Assembly: GCA_964547425.1 (NCBI GenBank)
Contig: CAZJNH010000006.1
Span: 6,095-70,094 of the forward strand
Length of the DNA stretch: 64,000 nucleotides
Source: an uncultured Candidatus Saccharibacteria bacterium
Lineage (GTDB): Bacteria > Patescibacteriota > Saccharimonadia > UBA4664 > CAZJNH01
Direction of reading: 5' to 3'
Each line of letters opens with the position of its first letter. Within the stretch, counting starts at the first letter, position 1. The translations under genes and the position numbers were made by a program. This document shows positions 37,983 to 45,664 of the stretch, one piece after another. The notes under the pieces are model-generated. The model did not search any database and had not been told where the DNA came from. It was given only the letters and a program-made list of their open reading frames with translations.

Positions 37983-39158
37983 TTATTTGATGATCTTAGA
38001 GACTACGCCAGCTCCTACGGTTTTGCCGCCTTCGCGGATGGCGAAGCGTAGGCCGTCTTCCATAGCGATCGGGGAGATCAGTTTAACTTTAACCGATACG
38101 TTGTCTCCCGGCATAATCATTTCAGTTCCTTCTGGCAGTTCAACTTCGCCGGTGACGTCGGTGGTGCGAATGTAAAACTGGGGCTTGTAGCCTTTGAAGA
38201 ACGGGGTGTGGCGTCCGCCTTCATCCTTTTTCAGAACGTAGATTTCGCCTTCAAATTCGGTGTGAGGAGTAATCGAACCGGGCTTTGCAAGCACCTGGCC
38301 GCGCTCGATGTCGTCGCGCTCAACTCCGCGGAGCAGTACGCCAACGTTGTCGCCGGCTTGCGCGTCGGGGAGTAATTTGCGGAACATTTCTACACCGGTA
38401 ACGACGGTTTTCTTGGTGGCGCGAATACCAACGATTTCAACTTCGTCGTTAACGGCCACTTTGCCGCGCTCAATCCGGCCGGTGGCAACAGTACCACGAC
38501 CTTTGATCGAGAAAACGTCTTCGATCGGCATTAGAAAAGGCTTGTCGACGTCGCGGGTTGGCTCGGGCAGTTCATCTAGAGCCGCAACCAGTTCGTGGAT
38601 ACTCTTCTCATACTCGGCGTCGCCTTCAAGAGCCTTTAGGGCGGAACCCTTGATGATGGCGGCTTTGTCGCCGTCGTACTCGTATTTGGAGAGCAGTTCG
38701 CGAATTTCAACCTCAACCAGTTCGGCTAGTTCAGGGTCGGCCATGTCCATTTTGTTCATGAAAACTACGATGTGAGGCACACCAACCTGGCGGGCGAGGA
38801 GAATGTGCTCGCGAGTTTGGGGCATCGGGCCGTCGGCAGCCGAAACAACTAGGATAGCGGCGTCCATCTGGGCGGCGCCGGTAATCATGTTCTTAACGTA
38901 GTCGGCGTGGCCAGGGCAGTCGACGTGGGCGTAGTGGCGTTTGTCGGACTCGTACTCCTGGTGGGAGGTGGCAATAGTAATACCGCGGGCTTTTTCCTCC
39001 GGAGCCTTGTCGATTTCGGCGTAGCTGGTGGCTGTTGCCTGACCCGACTTGGCGAGTACCGTAGTAATAGCGGCGGTTAAGGTAGTTTTGCCGTGGTCGA
39101 CGTGACCAATGGTGCCTACGTTGATATGGGGTTTTGTGCGAGTGTATGTCTCGGCCAT
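37983..39158 (-). CDS. tuf: Elongation factor Tu
   Basis: 391 aa; [18 protein letters not shown] motifs. Confidence 0.97.
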   Translation of the reverse strand: MAETYTRTKPHINVGTIGHVDHGKTTLTAAITTVLAKSGQATATSYAEIDKAPEEKARGITIATSHQEYESDKRHYAHVDCPGHADYVKNMITGAAQMDAAILVVSAADGPMPQTREHILLARQVGVPHIVVFMNKMDMADPELAELVEVEIRELLSKYEYDGDKAAIIKGSALKALEGDAEYEKSIHELVAALDELPEPTRDVDKPFLMPIEDVFSIKGRGTVATGRIERGKVAVNDEVEIVGIRATKKTVVTGVEMFRKLLPDAQAGDNVGVLLRGVERDDIERGQVLAKPGSITPHTEFEGEIYVLKKDEGGRHTPFFKGYKPQFYIRTTDVTGEVELPEGTEMIMPGDNVSVKVKLISPIAMEDGLRFAIREGGKTVGAGVVSKIIK

Positions 39159-39294
39159 GATGCTGGTTCTCTCCTAATAATTCGTTAGTATTTCGGGCAA
39201 ATTAAAAAACGGTCGCCCGTAATTAGACTTTAAGAATTATAAGCAAGGAGAGCCTATCTGTAAACCCTTTTAGCGCCAACTCGCCCCTCAATCA

Positions 39295-39351
39295 AGGTTC
39301 GACCCTATACAACCCAAGTAATTCACCTTGAGACGAAAAAGGGTCGAACCT
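39295..39351. repeat. 57-nt palindromic intergenic element, copy c (inverted orientation, compensatory stem variant)
   Basis: AGGTTCGACCCT…AGGGTCGAACCT; the stem differs from copies a and b by paired substitutions. Confidence 0.65.
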
Positions 39352-39361
39352 TATTCAAGCC

Positions 39362-39390
39362 TTGACAAAAGGCTTATGTTTGTGTATAGT
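39362..39390 (+). promoter_or_regulatory. Near-consensus promoter with extended -10
   Basis: TTGACA-17 nt-TATAGT preceded by TGTG; structured 97-nt leader with a CCAGTTC-gtat-GAACTGG hairpin; paralogous to 41156..41184. Confidence 0.6.
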
Positions 39391-39488
39391 TATTGCTCAA
39401 TTCCAGTTCGTATGAACTGGTGTCCGCCTAGGCGGAAACGGCGAAGATTCCGACGCCCATTCGGGATTGTTCAGAAAGGAGCAGTCGT

Positions 39489-39806
39489 ATGACTGCCGCA
39501 ACGCTTCGCAGCACGATGCCTCTTCGCAGAGGCCCGTGGAGCTACGCCATCGTCTCCGGCCCCTCTCGCGAGGAGCTGTTCGATGCCCTCCGTTTGAGCG
39601 AGGAGAACCGCAAGGTCAAACTCGTGATTACGTACTGCAAGCCGGGAGAGGTTGGCGCCGAAGTCGAGATCCTGGTCTACATCGACCAGATCGGGCGCGC
39701 CAACAACTTCGGATCGGCCTGGGTGTTCCATGCCACGCTCGGCGATCAACCGCTCATCGGGTCATACAACACCCAAAAGCGCCTCGGTACGATCGCACCG
39801 AGCTAG
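39489..39806 (+). CDS. Hypothetical protein (105 aa)
   Basis: AAGGAG RBS 7 nt upstream of ATG; followed by a terminator. Confidence 0.55.
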   Translation: MTAATLRSTMPLRRGPWSYAIVSGPSREELFDALRLSEENRKVKLVITYCKPGEVGAEVEILVYIDQIGRANNFGSAWVFHATLGDQPLIGSYNTQKRLGTIAPS

Positions 39807-39859
39807 AGCCCGCAACAAGCTTCAAAAGTTGGAGCCGCAGTTGCGGGCTCCTTCTTTTT
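39805..39859 (+). terminator. Intrinsic terminator (duplicated at 40277..40331)
   Basis: GAGCCCGCAAC…GTTGCGGGCTC followed by CTTCTTTTT. Confidence 0.65.
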
Positions 39860-39893
39860 GTACCTAGACAGCATCTGACAAGAGTTTTATAAT

Positions 39894-40250
39894 ATGCGGC
39901 AGCTTTTCGTTATTGTCTTGGCGAAAGGAGCACGAGTGAAACTCAAGCAGCACTTTGGGCAAACGGCGGTCGGTCTGATGTTGATCAGCATGACTGCCTG
40001 GATGGGTACCATCCTCCTGGCACTGGGTGTCGAAAAGGGTCACTTCGAACGTCAGGCAACGCTGCCGTACCTCCTCCTTTTCTTCGGTTTCGCGGTCATC
40101 ACCGAGATGGGGATGATCGCGGTCGAGTGCCAGGCAGGCGTTCACAACGTGATCGCCCGAAAGCACAACAAGAAGCTTCCGCCTTGGGAGCGGCCGGGCT
40201 GGCGTTGGTCAGCCAAGGACATCGACGAGTGGTACGCACAGTACCACTAG
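39894..40250 (+). CDS. Small membrane protein (2-3 TM)
   Basis: 118 aa; hydrophobic helices. Confidence 0.5.
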   Translation: MRQLFVIVLAKGARVKLKQHFGQTAVGLMLISMTAWMGTILLALGVEKGHFERQATLPYLLLFFGFAVITEMGMIAVECQAGVHNVIARKHNKKLPPWERPGWRWSAKDIDEWYAQYH

Positions 40251-40276
40251 AGCCTCTGTACGATCGCACCGAGCTA

Positions 40277-40331
40277 GAGCCCGCATCAAGCTTCAAAAGC
40301 TGGAGCCGCAGTTGCGGGCTCCTTCTTTTTA
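40277..40331 (+). terminator. Intrinsic terminator, second copy
   Basis: GAGCCCGCATC…GTTGCGGGCTC followed by CTTCTTTTT; about 78 nt including upstream flank duplicates 39783..39860. Confidence 0.65.
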
Positions 40332-40525
40332 CTTACGGCCGTCGAGGTATTTGGCGGCGAAGCTCAGGGCGAATGAAGGCAGAATAATGAAAACCGAGGC
40401 CATTACCAGTCGCGTGAAGATCGAATTATCGTCGTGATGGGGTCAGGTTATAACCATTATTAGCCCAAAAACCCCAAACGCGACCGAAGACCCTATAAAG
40501 ATTCTGGTCGCCAGCTTTTGCATGG

Positions 40526-40702
40526 TTATGGCTCCAATTCGGATAATTCTTTCAAATTCAGCAGTTTGTTCTTACTCATGAATTCAATCAAGGGTTTACC
40601 ACAATCCAGGCAAATATCATAGGCCCCAAAACCCACACCTAGGCTGATCGAGGCATCCCGTTTGATGGTCTTCTTGCAGATGTCACACTTGGTAACTGTC
40701 AT
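40526..40702 (-). CDS. Small zinc-ribbon protein (58 aa)
   Basis: Not in the ORF track; MTVTKCDICKKTIKRDASISLGVGFGAYDICLDCGKPLIEFMSKNKLLNLKELSELEP; AAGGAG RBS right after the stop of the upstream gene. Confidence 0.4.
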   Translation of the reverse strand: MTVTKCDICKKTIKRDASISLGVGFGAYDICLDCGKPLIEFMSKNKLLNLKELSELEP

Positions 40703-40712
40703 GAGTCTCCTT

Positions 40713-41051
40713 TCAATTTCTAATTTCTAGCTTTTTCTCGATGAACTTAATTCGCTTCTCATGGTCCCCGTAATCGTCGCTTGAGATCTTCAGCTTACTT
40801 TTTATGACGTTCAGGTTGCCGTCGATATTGTCGAATCGCTCGTCGACTTCAGTGAATCGCGAGTCAATCCTATCGAAACGCTGGTCTATCTCAGTAAATC
40901 TGGCGTCGATTTTGTCGAAACGCTCCTCGTGTTTCGCGTCATACTCCTCAAACGAATTATTTACCGCTGCAGCCAGACCTTCAATCTGCTTTTCAAGCGG
41001 ATCATGAACGACTTCCTTAATGGCTTGTAGGTCTTGGTTGGTCAGAGACAC
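40713..41051 (-). CDS. Tandem-repeat coiled-coil protein
   Basis: 112 aa; at least five 11-residue repeats (ERFDKIDARFTEIDQRFDRIDSRFTEVDERFDNID). Confidence 0.55.
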   Translation of the reverse strand: MSLTNQDLQAIKEVVHDPLEKQIEGLAAAVNNSFEEYDAKHEERFDKIDARFTEIDQRFDRIDSRFTEVDERFDNIDGNLNVIKSKLKISSDDYGDHEKRIKFIEKKLEIRN

Positions 41052-41155
41052 GTTTCCCTCGCTTTCGTATTAGTTTAGCCCGCCCGATGTCATAATTATA
41101 TCGAACAAGAAGCGAACAGGCAAGCCAGTCTAGTCACGGATCGACACGATTTGTC

Positions 41156-41184
41156 TTGACAAAACCCTTATGCTTTGGTATACT
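41156..41184 (+). promoter_or_regulatory. Near-consensus promoter, paralog of 39362..39390
   Basis: TTGACA-17 nt-TATACT; the leader has a CCAATC-aaca-GATTGG hairpin and the same GAAAGGAGCAG RBS block. Confidence 0.6.
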
Positions 41185-41258
41185 AGTGCGATCCAATCAA
41201 CAGATTGGCGTCCCAAGAAATTCAAATACCCTTGTTTCACGATCGAAAGGAGCAGCAA

Positions 41259-41558
41259 TTGCGCCAGCACAAGCTGATGCAAAACGGCGTTCAGATCGGC
41301 GGCGGCATGTCGGACGTTGCGATTGTGGCCTTCAATGGCCCTCTCAACTGGATCGACGTCCAGCCCGCCGACCGAGAGACCATCGGCAACGAGCACTTCG
41401 AAGGTGCCGGGGTCTTCATGCAGGTCGCCGACCGGCGCGTCTGGCTGGAGCCCGAGGACGTCAGAGTCCTCGTCGAAAACCTCCAGCGGGCGAACCACGA
41501 GTTCTTCCGCCGTTGGCGAGAAGCCGATCCTGACCTGTTTGAGGACGAGAGCGCCTAG
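41259..41558 (+). CDS. Hypothetical protein (start uncertain: TTG at 41259 or ATG at 41277)
   Basis: ORF track gives 41205..41558; AAGGAG lies 6 nt upstream of the in-frame TTG at 41259. Confidence 0.45.
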   Translation: MRQHKLMQNGVQIGGGMSDVAIVAFNGPLNWIDVQPADRETIGNEHFEGAGVFMQVADRRVWLEPEDVRVLVENLQRANHEFFRRWREADPDLFEDESA

Positions 41559-41623
41559 AGCGCGAAACAAGGGTGACGGCCTTGAGGCGCCTGCCTCGGC
41601 CTGAGGGGAGATGAACGCTCCCC

Positions 41624-41665
41624 TCCACCCTTAGGTTCTTGAGAAATCGAGAGCCTAAGGGTGGA
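41624..41665 (+). repeat. Conserved 3'-UTR stem-loop, copy 1
   Basis: TCCACCCTTAGG-TTCTTGAGAAATCGAGAG-CCTAAGGGTGGA; preceded by a GGGGAG…CTCCCC hairpin. Confidence 0.65.
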
Positions 41666-41716
41666 AAATCTCCACCGAAGTACCTTGATGAATCACTCTG
41701 AAGGGAGTGACGTTAG

Positions 41717-41932
41717 ATGCAAGAGCGCTTTGGCGCTCGCTGGACGCCTTTGATGATTCTCGTCAACCTGATCGTGGTTGCGGGTATCGTCGGCCTCCTC
41801 TGGTCCATCTTCGGCGCTGACGCGCTGGTCTGGTGGCAGAGATGGCTAATCGGCTACGTTTCTTTGGCGGTAGCCGGCGGCCTTAGCTGGCAAGTCACGG
41901 TCGAAGAACCGGAGAACCGGCAGAACGCCTAA
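41717..41932 (+). CDS. Small two-TM membrane protein
   Basis: 71 aa; GAAGGGAG RBS. Confidence 0.5.
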   Translation: MQERFGARWTPLMILVNLIVVAGIVGLLWSIFGADALVWWQRWLIGYVSLAVAGGLSWQVTVEEPENRQNA

Positions 41933-42069
41933 CGGCATCAAGGGAGCAAGCCCCGACAACGACGTCGGGGCCACCCTCAAGTTTTCACGAAGTTGAAAGT
42001 TTATGGGTGGATAATAATTCCATCGTTCTTTTAGTTTCAAATACCTTGTTGCACGAACAGGGAGGGCAT

Positions 42070-42654
42070 ATGTACCGAGGCAAAGTGGTGCACTACGACC
42101 GCCGGGAGCGAAGCAATTACGGCTTTCTCCAGGCGCAGATCGACGGTCGCCGCCAGAAGGTGTTCTTTCACTTCGGCCGCGGCTGCCAGGTTGGGCTGAG
42201 GATCGTAGACAAGAGCGCCTGCGAGGCGCCTCAGCTGGATTCGTACAGTCGGCCCTCTCGAGAGCCTCAGATCGGCGACGAGCTGGTTTTCTGGCCCGTC
42301 ACGCTCCGCAAAGGACCGGCGGCGGACAGCTGGTGTTACGCCGAGGAATGGGACGAGGCCGAGCAGATCGCCCGAGTCAACAGTCTCACCTTCCGCTACA
42401 TCGAGACTACACAACTCGAACGCCGGCCGGCCGACGAGCCAGTAGTTAAGTGGGAGGGCTACAACACCCTGTCACTACTCGACGAGGTGCTACCTGAGAT
42501 CCAGGTAGTCTTCGACTCGAACGGCGAGTTCGTGGTCGAAAAGACCAAGCTCTGCCTGACTACCGGTCACTTCGAGCGCAAAACCAGCAGTGGCTGGCAC
42601 ACCTGCCAGATCGACCCCAGGATGGTCACCGAAGATGCCGGCGCGACGGCCTAG
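42070..42654 (+). CDS. Protein with N-terminal cold-shock-domain-like OB fold plus C-terminal unknown domain
   Basis: 194 aa from the internal Met (GGGAGGG RBS); GKVVHYDRRERSNYGFLQAQIDGRRQKVFFHF resembles the CSD consensus G.V.WF…KGFGFI…DVFVHF. Confidence 0.5.
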   Translation: MYRGKVVHYDRRERSNYGFLQAQIDGRRQKVFFHFGRGCQVGLRIVDKSACEAPQLDSYSRPSREPQIGDELVFWPVTLRKGPAADSWCYAEEWDEAEQIARVNSLTFRYIETTQLERRPADEPVVKWEGYNTLSLLDEVLPEIQVVFDSNGEFVVEKTKLCLTTGHFERKTSSGWHTCQIDPRMVTEDAGATA

Positions 42655-42687
42655 CAACAAGGTGCCCCGAGCCAGTACGGTTCGGGG

Positions 42688-42728
42688 ACACCCTCAGGTT
42701 CTTGAGAAATCGAGAGCCTAAGGGTGGA
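42688..42728 (+). repeat. Conserved 3'-UTR stem-loop, copy 2
   Basis: Identical 18-nt loop TTCTTGAGAAATCGAGAG; stem has 1 mismatch; preceded by a GCCCCGA…TCGGGG hairpin and followed by a canonical terminator. Confidence 0.65.
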
Positions 42729-42740
42729 ACAATACCAAAA

Positions 42741-42765
42741 AGACCCCGAATTCGGGGTCTTTTTG
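42741..42765. terminator. Bidirectional intrinsic terminator
   Basis: AAAAAGACCCCGAA-TTCGGGGTCTTTTT. Confidence 0.8.
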
Positions 42766-42783
42766 GGTGAAGTGGTAAATGAA

Positions 42784-43179
42784 CTATACTCGGCGCCTCA
42801 TGATCGCATCGATTAGGGCAACTACGAGGAACGCGAGTATGCCATAAACAACCATCGCCACTGCCGTGGTGGTCTCGAACGAGCCGGGGCCGGTGTTAAG
42901 CTGAACTCCTACGGCTCCGAAAAACGGGCTAATAAGTGGACGCGTAACTTGGTAGATAAAAGACACAAAGCCATTTTGCGGATTGGCCGCGAAAAGCCGT
43001 AAAAGCAACCGGACCAATAGGACGGTTTCGACTACTCCGGCTACCCAGAGTAACAGCGAAGCCAGAAACGACATTTCATCAACCACCGCCGTCTCGACAA
43101 AGCTGGTTTGAGAAGCTGGAATTGCCTCGTGGAACTCCTCGTCCCGGCGTTCAATTATCCTTCTGTGACGTTTGTTCAT
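42784..43179 (-). CDS. YggT-family membrane protein
   Basis: …NPQNGFVSFIYQVTRPLISPF… matches the YggT motif; start trimmed to MNKRH (GGAGG RBS). Confidence 0.6.
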   Translation of the reverse strand: MNKRHRRIIERRDEEFHEAIPASQTSFVETAVVDEMSFLASLLLWVAGVVETVLLVRLLLRLFAANPQNGFVSFIYQVTRPLISPFFGAVGVQLNTGPGSFETTTAVAMVVYGILAFLVVALIDAIMRRRV

Positions 43180-43311
43180 ATCGCCTCCGCCTTTATTGCT
43201 CTGCGAGATTACCAGCACCACAATTTAAGATCTTTAGTTATAGTTCCAAACATCCGGCTAAGACTTGGTGTTTTGCCCAAATGAATAGGCGACCGCTGGC
43301 TTGCGGCCGCC

Positions 43312-43494
43312 CTATTGGGCAGCAAGGCCCTCTTCCATTAGTGTCCTGAACTCTTCGTGGCCTGCTTCGTACCGGAGCCTAACGAGCCTGCCAAGCAGTT
43401 CCTGGTCGGTTTCGACCGGTTCCAGCCAGCAACGCAATCGTTGCTGCAGACGTAGCTCCCGCTCGATCCTATCCCGATCCCTTTCGTGGTACAT
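43312..43494 (-). CDS. Hypothetical 60-aa charged protein
   Basis: Stop/start adjacency with the upstream gene; GGAAGAG RBS; hairpin downstream. Confidence 0.4.
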   Translation of the reverse strand: MYHERDRDRIERELRLQQRLRCWLEPVETDQELLGRLVRLRYEAGHEEFRTLMEEGLAAQ

Positions 43495-43682
43495 CAGAAC
43501 TCTTCCGAATAACTAGCGGCGATGATTCCGTCGAAGCTGGCCCTCTCTTCGAGGGTGAAATCTTCAACGTCATCGTCGTCCCAGTCCAAGCCGGAATCAG
43601 AAACGCTCCTGAACGACTGAACAACGGCCAAGACGATGAAGGCAACTACAGAGGCAACTCCGAGTAACAAGAGTAGAACCAT
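43494..43682 (-). CDS. Small membrane-anchored acidic protein
   Basis: 62 aa from MVLLLLLGVASVV…; AGGAGGAGG RBS; the ORF track's longer N-terminus overlaps the upstream gene. Confidence 0.5.
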   Translation of the reverse strand: MVLLLLLGVASVVAFIVLAVVQSFRSVSDSGLDWDDDDVEDFTLEERASFDGIIAASYSEEF

Positions 43683-43743
43683 TGCCTGCCTCCTCCTGTC
43701 CTCGACTGCTTCGGTCAATTTGATTGTAACAGTTATGTTTGGC

Positions 43744-44916
43744 TTACGGGAAGGCGCAGAGGCCGGCTGGCGAGCTGGTCGTGCAGTAGTTGCGTGTCCA
43801 TGAGTTGCCGGTCGAATCGTCTTGGGCATCAAGTATTGTGTTGCCGTGCATCCGGTTTAAGTCTAACTTGACGCCGGTTACGCCTGATTCCAGGTGAATG
43901 CCGTCGGCCTGGTTGTTGTCCGACTGGTTGCGGTTAACCTGGTTGGCGCTACCACCCACCGAGCCAGCGGCCAGCAAAATCCCTTCGTAGGCGTTTCGGA
44001 GGATAGTGTTGCTGTCGATAAATAGCGCGGTGTTGGGTCCTCCTCCAAGATTGCGCACGCCCAGTCCGCCCCATTGCGTGTTGTCGTGGAGCTGGTTGCG
44101 GGTGATTTGGACGTTATCGTTAGCGCCTCCCAGAAAGATCATGAAGCCAAAGCTGCCGTTGGTAGCGTTGTTACTGTCGATCACGCTGTTGTCGGTGTTG
44201 TACCAGTTGGCCATACTGCCGGAGTTGTTTGAGGTGTTTCGGCTAAACCGAACGTTGCTGGTCACTCCCGAGAAGCCTGTTGAGGTAAAATCGGCGCTAT
44301 CGTTGCCGCTAAATGCGTTGGTGTCGACGAAGGCGTTTTGAACCTGGTCGGTGTAGATACCGCTGCCGCTAGCCGGTCCTGTGGCATTGTTGTTGCGGAT
44401 ATTGTTAAGCTGGACGATTTGCTGTTTGACCCCGTCGCCGCCCAGGTAAATACCTTCGGCGTTACCCTGGATGATATTGCGGCTGATTAAGGCACCGGAA
44501 GCACCGCTGATCAGGTTAACTCCGACGCTGGCTCCCTGAATCGTAAAGCCCAAGATACTGACGTTCGCAGCGTTAATTATGAAGTCGTTGGTGGTGCCAT
44601 CAACCACCGCCTCCTGGCTAGCCGGAACATTGCGGCCGCGGGCATCGTTTTGCTGCGGGCCCATTAAAAGTACCTGTTTGTTAACACTCACGTCCTCGTT
44701 GTAGGTAGCTGCCAGAACCTTGACCGTGCCGCCGGTGGCGACGGCGTTAACTCCGTCCTGGATAGTGCAGTACGGGTGAGCCGGCGTGCCGTCTTGGGCT
44801 AAGCCACAGTGCGCTTTATCGACGTAAACCAGACTTGGCGCGGCCAAGGCTAGCGCCGGCGAAATGATTGCACTTACCAAAACGGCTGCGATTAGTCTGG
44901 AAATCAATTTTTTCAT
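43744..44916 (-). CDS. Secreted right-handed parallel beta-helix repeat protein
   Basis: 390 aa; signal peptide; N/G/S/T-rich PbH1-like repeats; its own TATAAT promoter at 44946..44951. Confidence 0.65.
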   Translation of the reverse strand: MKKLISRLIAAVLVSAIISPALALAAPSLVYVDKAHCGLAQDGTPAHPYCTIQDGVNAVATGGTVKVLAATYNEDVSVNKQVLLMGPQQNDARGRNVPASQEAVVDGTTNDFIINAANVSILGFTIQGASVGVNLISGASGALISRNIIQGNAEGIYLGGDGVKQQIVQLNNIRNNNATGPASGSGIYTDQVQNAFVDTNAFSGNDSADFTSTGFSGVTSNVRFSRNTSNNSGSMANWYNTDNSVIDSNNATNGSFGFMIFLGGANDNVQITRNQLHDNTQWGGLGVRNLGGGPNTALFIDSNTILRNAYEGILLAAGSVGGSANQVNRNQSDNNQADGIHLESGVTGVKLDLNRMHGNTILDAQDDSTGNSWTRNYCTTSSPAGLCAFP

Positions 44917-44977
44917 CAGGAAACCCTCGGTTAATAACTATCTGGATTATACCTGTTGGCTACTGATCGTCTTTGTG

Positions 44978-45024
44978 CAGACACACAAAGAAAAAGGCGG
45001 CCGGGATTAAGCGTCCCGACCGCC
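44978..45024 (-). terminator. Intrinsic terminator after the 45030 gene
   Basis: minus strand GGCGGTCGGGACGCTTAATCCCGGCCGCC followed by TTTTTCTTTG. Confidence 0.6.
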
Positions 45025-45029
45025 TCGAA

Positions 45030-45215
45030 TTAACGCCTTTGTAGTACGTGGTACTCGGTCGTAGTACCAGGCTCGTCGTTGGTCTTGGCGCGTAGCTTTT
45101 CGACTCTACGATCAGCCCGTTTCTCAGACCAGTGCCGGCTTTTGGCCTGCAAACTGTCGGGCCGGTGTCCCTTTTTGCCCCAAACGATCACGACTATCTG
45201 CCACTTGCGCCTCAT
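45030..45215 (-). CDS. Hypothetical basic 61-aa protein
   Basis: 4-nt overlap with the upstream gene. Confidence 0.4.
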   Translation of the reverse strand: MRRKWQIVVIVWGKKGHRPDSLQAKSRHWSEKRADRRVEKLRAKTNDEPGTTTEYHVLQRR

Positions 45216-45547
45216 ACCGCCGCCTTTTTGCTGAACGCGCCCGGTTCGATGAGTTCGAAGAACGCCATCAACCGGTACATCAGCTCGTCGAACGCCGGTC
45301 CTGGATTACGGACCAGCATCGTCTCGTGCACGATCACCCAGCGCAGCCGCGACTCCCGCAGCTCGTCCATTGTGATCGGGTGCGGCCAGATGTCTTGCCG
45401 CTGCAGCGTCCGAATGGCGCCGCCCAGCGTCCAGCAGCTGATTAGCAGCCGGATCTGCCCCTCCGGACCGGTTATGGCAATGTGCCATCGGCGAAAAACC
45501 GGGCCGGTAAACGCACTCATCAACTGCTCGTAGCGGTTGGCCTTCAA
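45212..45547 (-). CDS. Hypothetical protein (111 aa)
   Basis: ORF with downstream coupling. Confidence 0.4.
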   Translation of the reverse strand: MKANRYEQLMSAFTGPVFRRWHIAITGPEGQIRLLISCWTLGGAIRTLQRQDIWPHPITMDELRESRLRWVIVHETMLVRNPGPAFDELMYRLMAFFELIEPGAFSKKAAV

Positions 45548-45600
45548 AGTACCTCCTGACCTGTCAAAGAGTGGCTAGATTATAACGATTAACCTGAATA

Positions 45601-45657
45601 GGGTCTAACCCTTTTTCGTCTCAAAATGGATTGCTTAGATTGTATAGGGTTAGACCC
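45601..45657. repeat. 57-nt palindromic intergenic element, copy b
   Basis: GGGTCTAACCCT-ttttCGTCTC…gatTGTAT-AGGGTTAGACCC immediately after the fusA stop. Confidence 0.7.
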
Positions 45658-45664
45658 TGGATAG

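Noticed and set aside
39467-39892. ORFs 39467..39892 (+), 40127..40387 (+) and 39864..40166 (-) that read through the duplicated terminator region
   Set aside because: They are frame-shifted readings across the 78-nt duplicated terminator segment and the neighbouring genes, with no RBS; the similarity between them is just the DNA repeat translated.
40334-40525. Two tiny hydrophobic minus-strand peptides (about 24-26 aa) downstream of the zinc-ribbon gene
   Set aside because: No RBS, very short, and one overlaps the terminator hairpin; cannot be supported from sequence alone.
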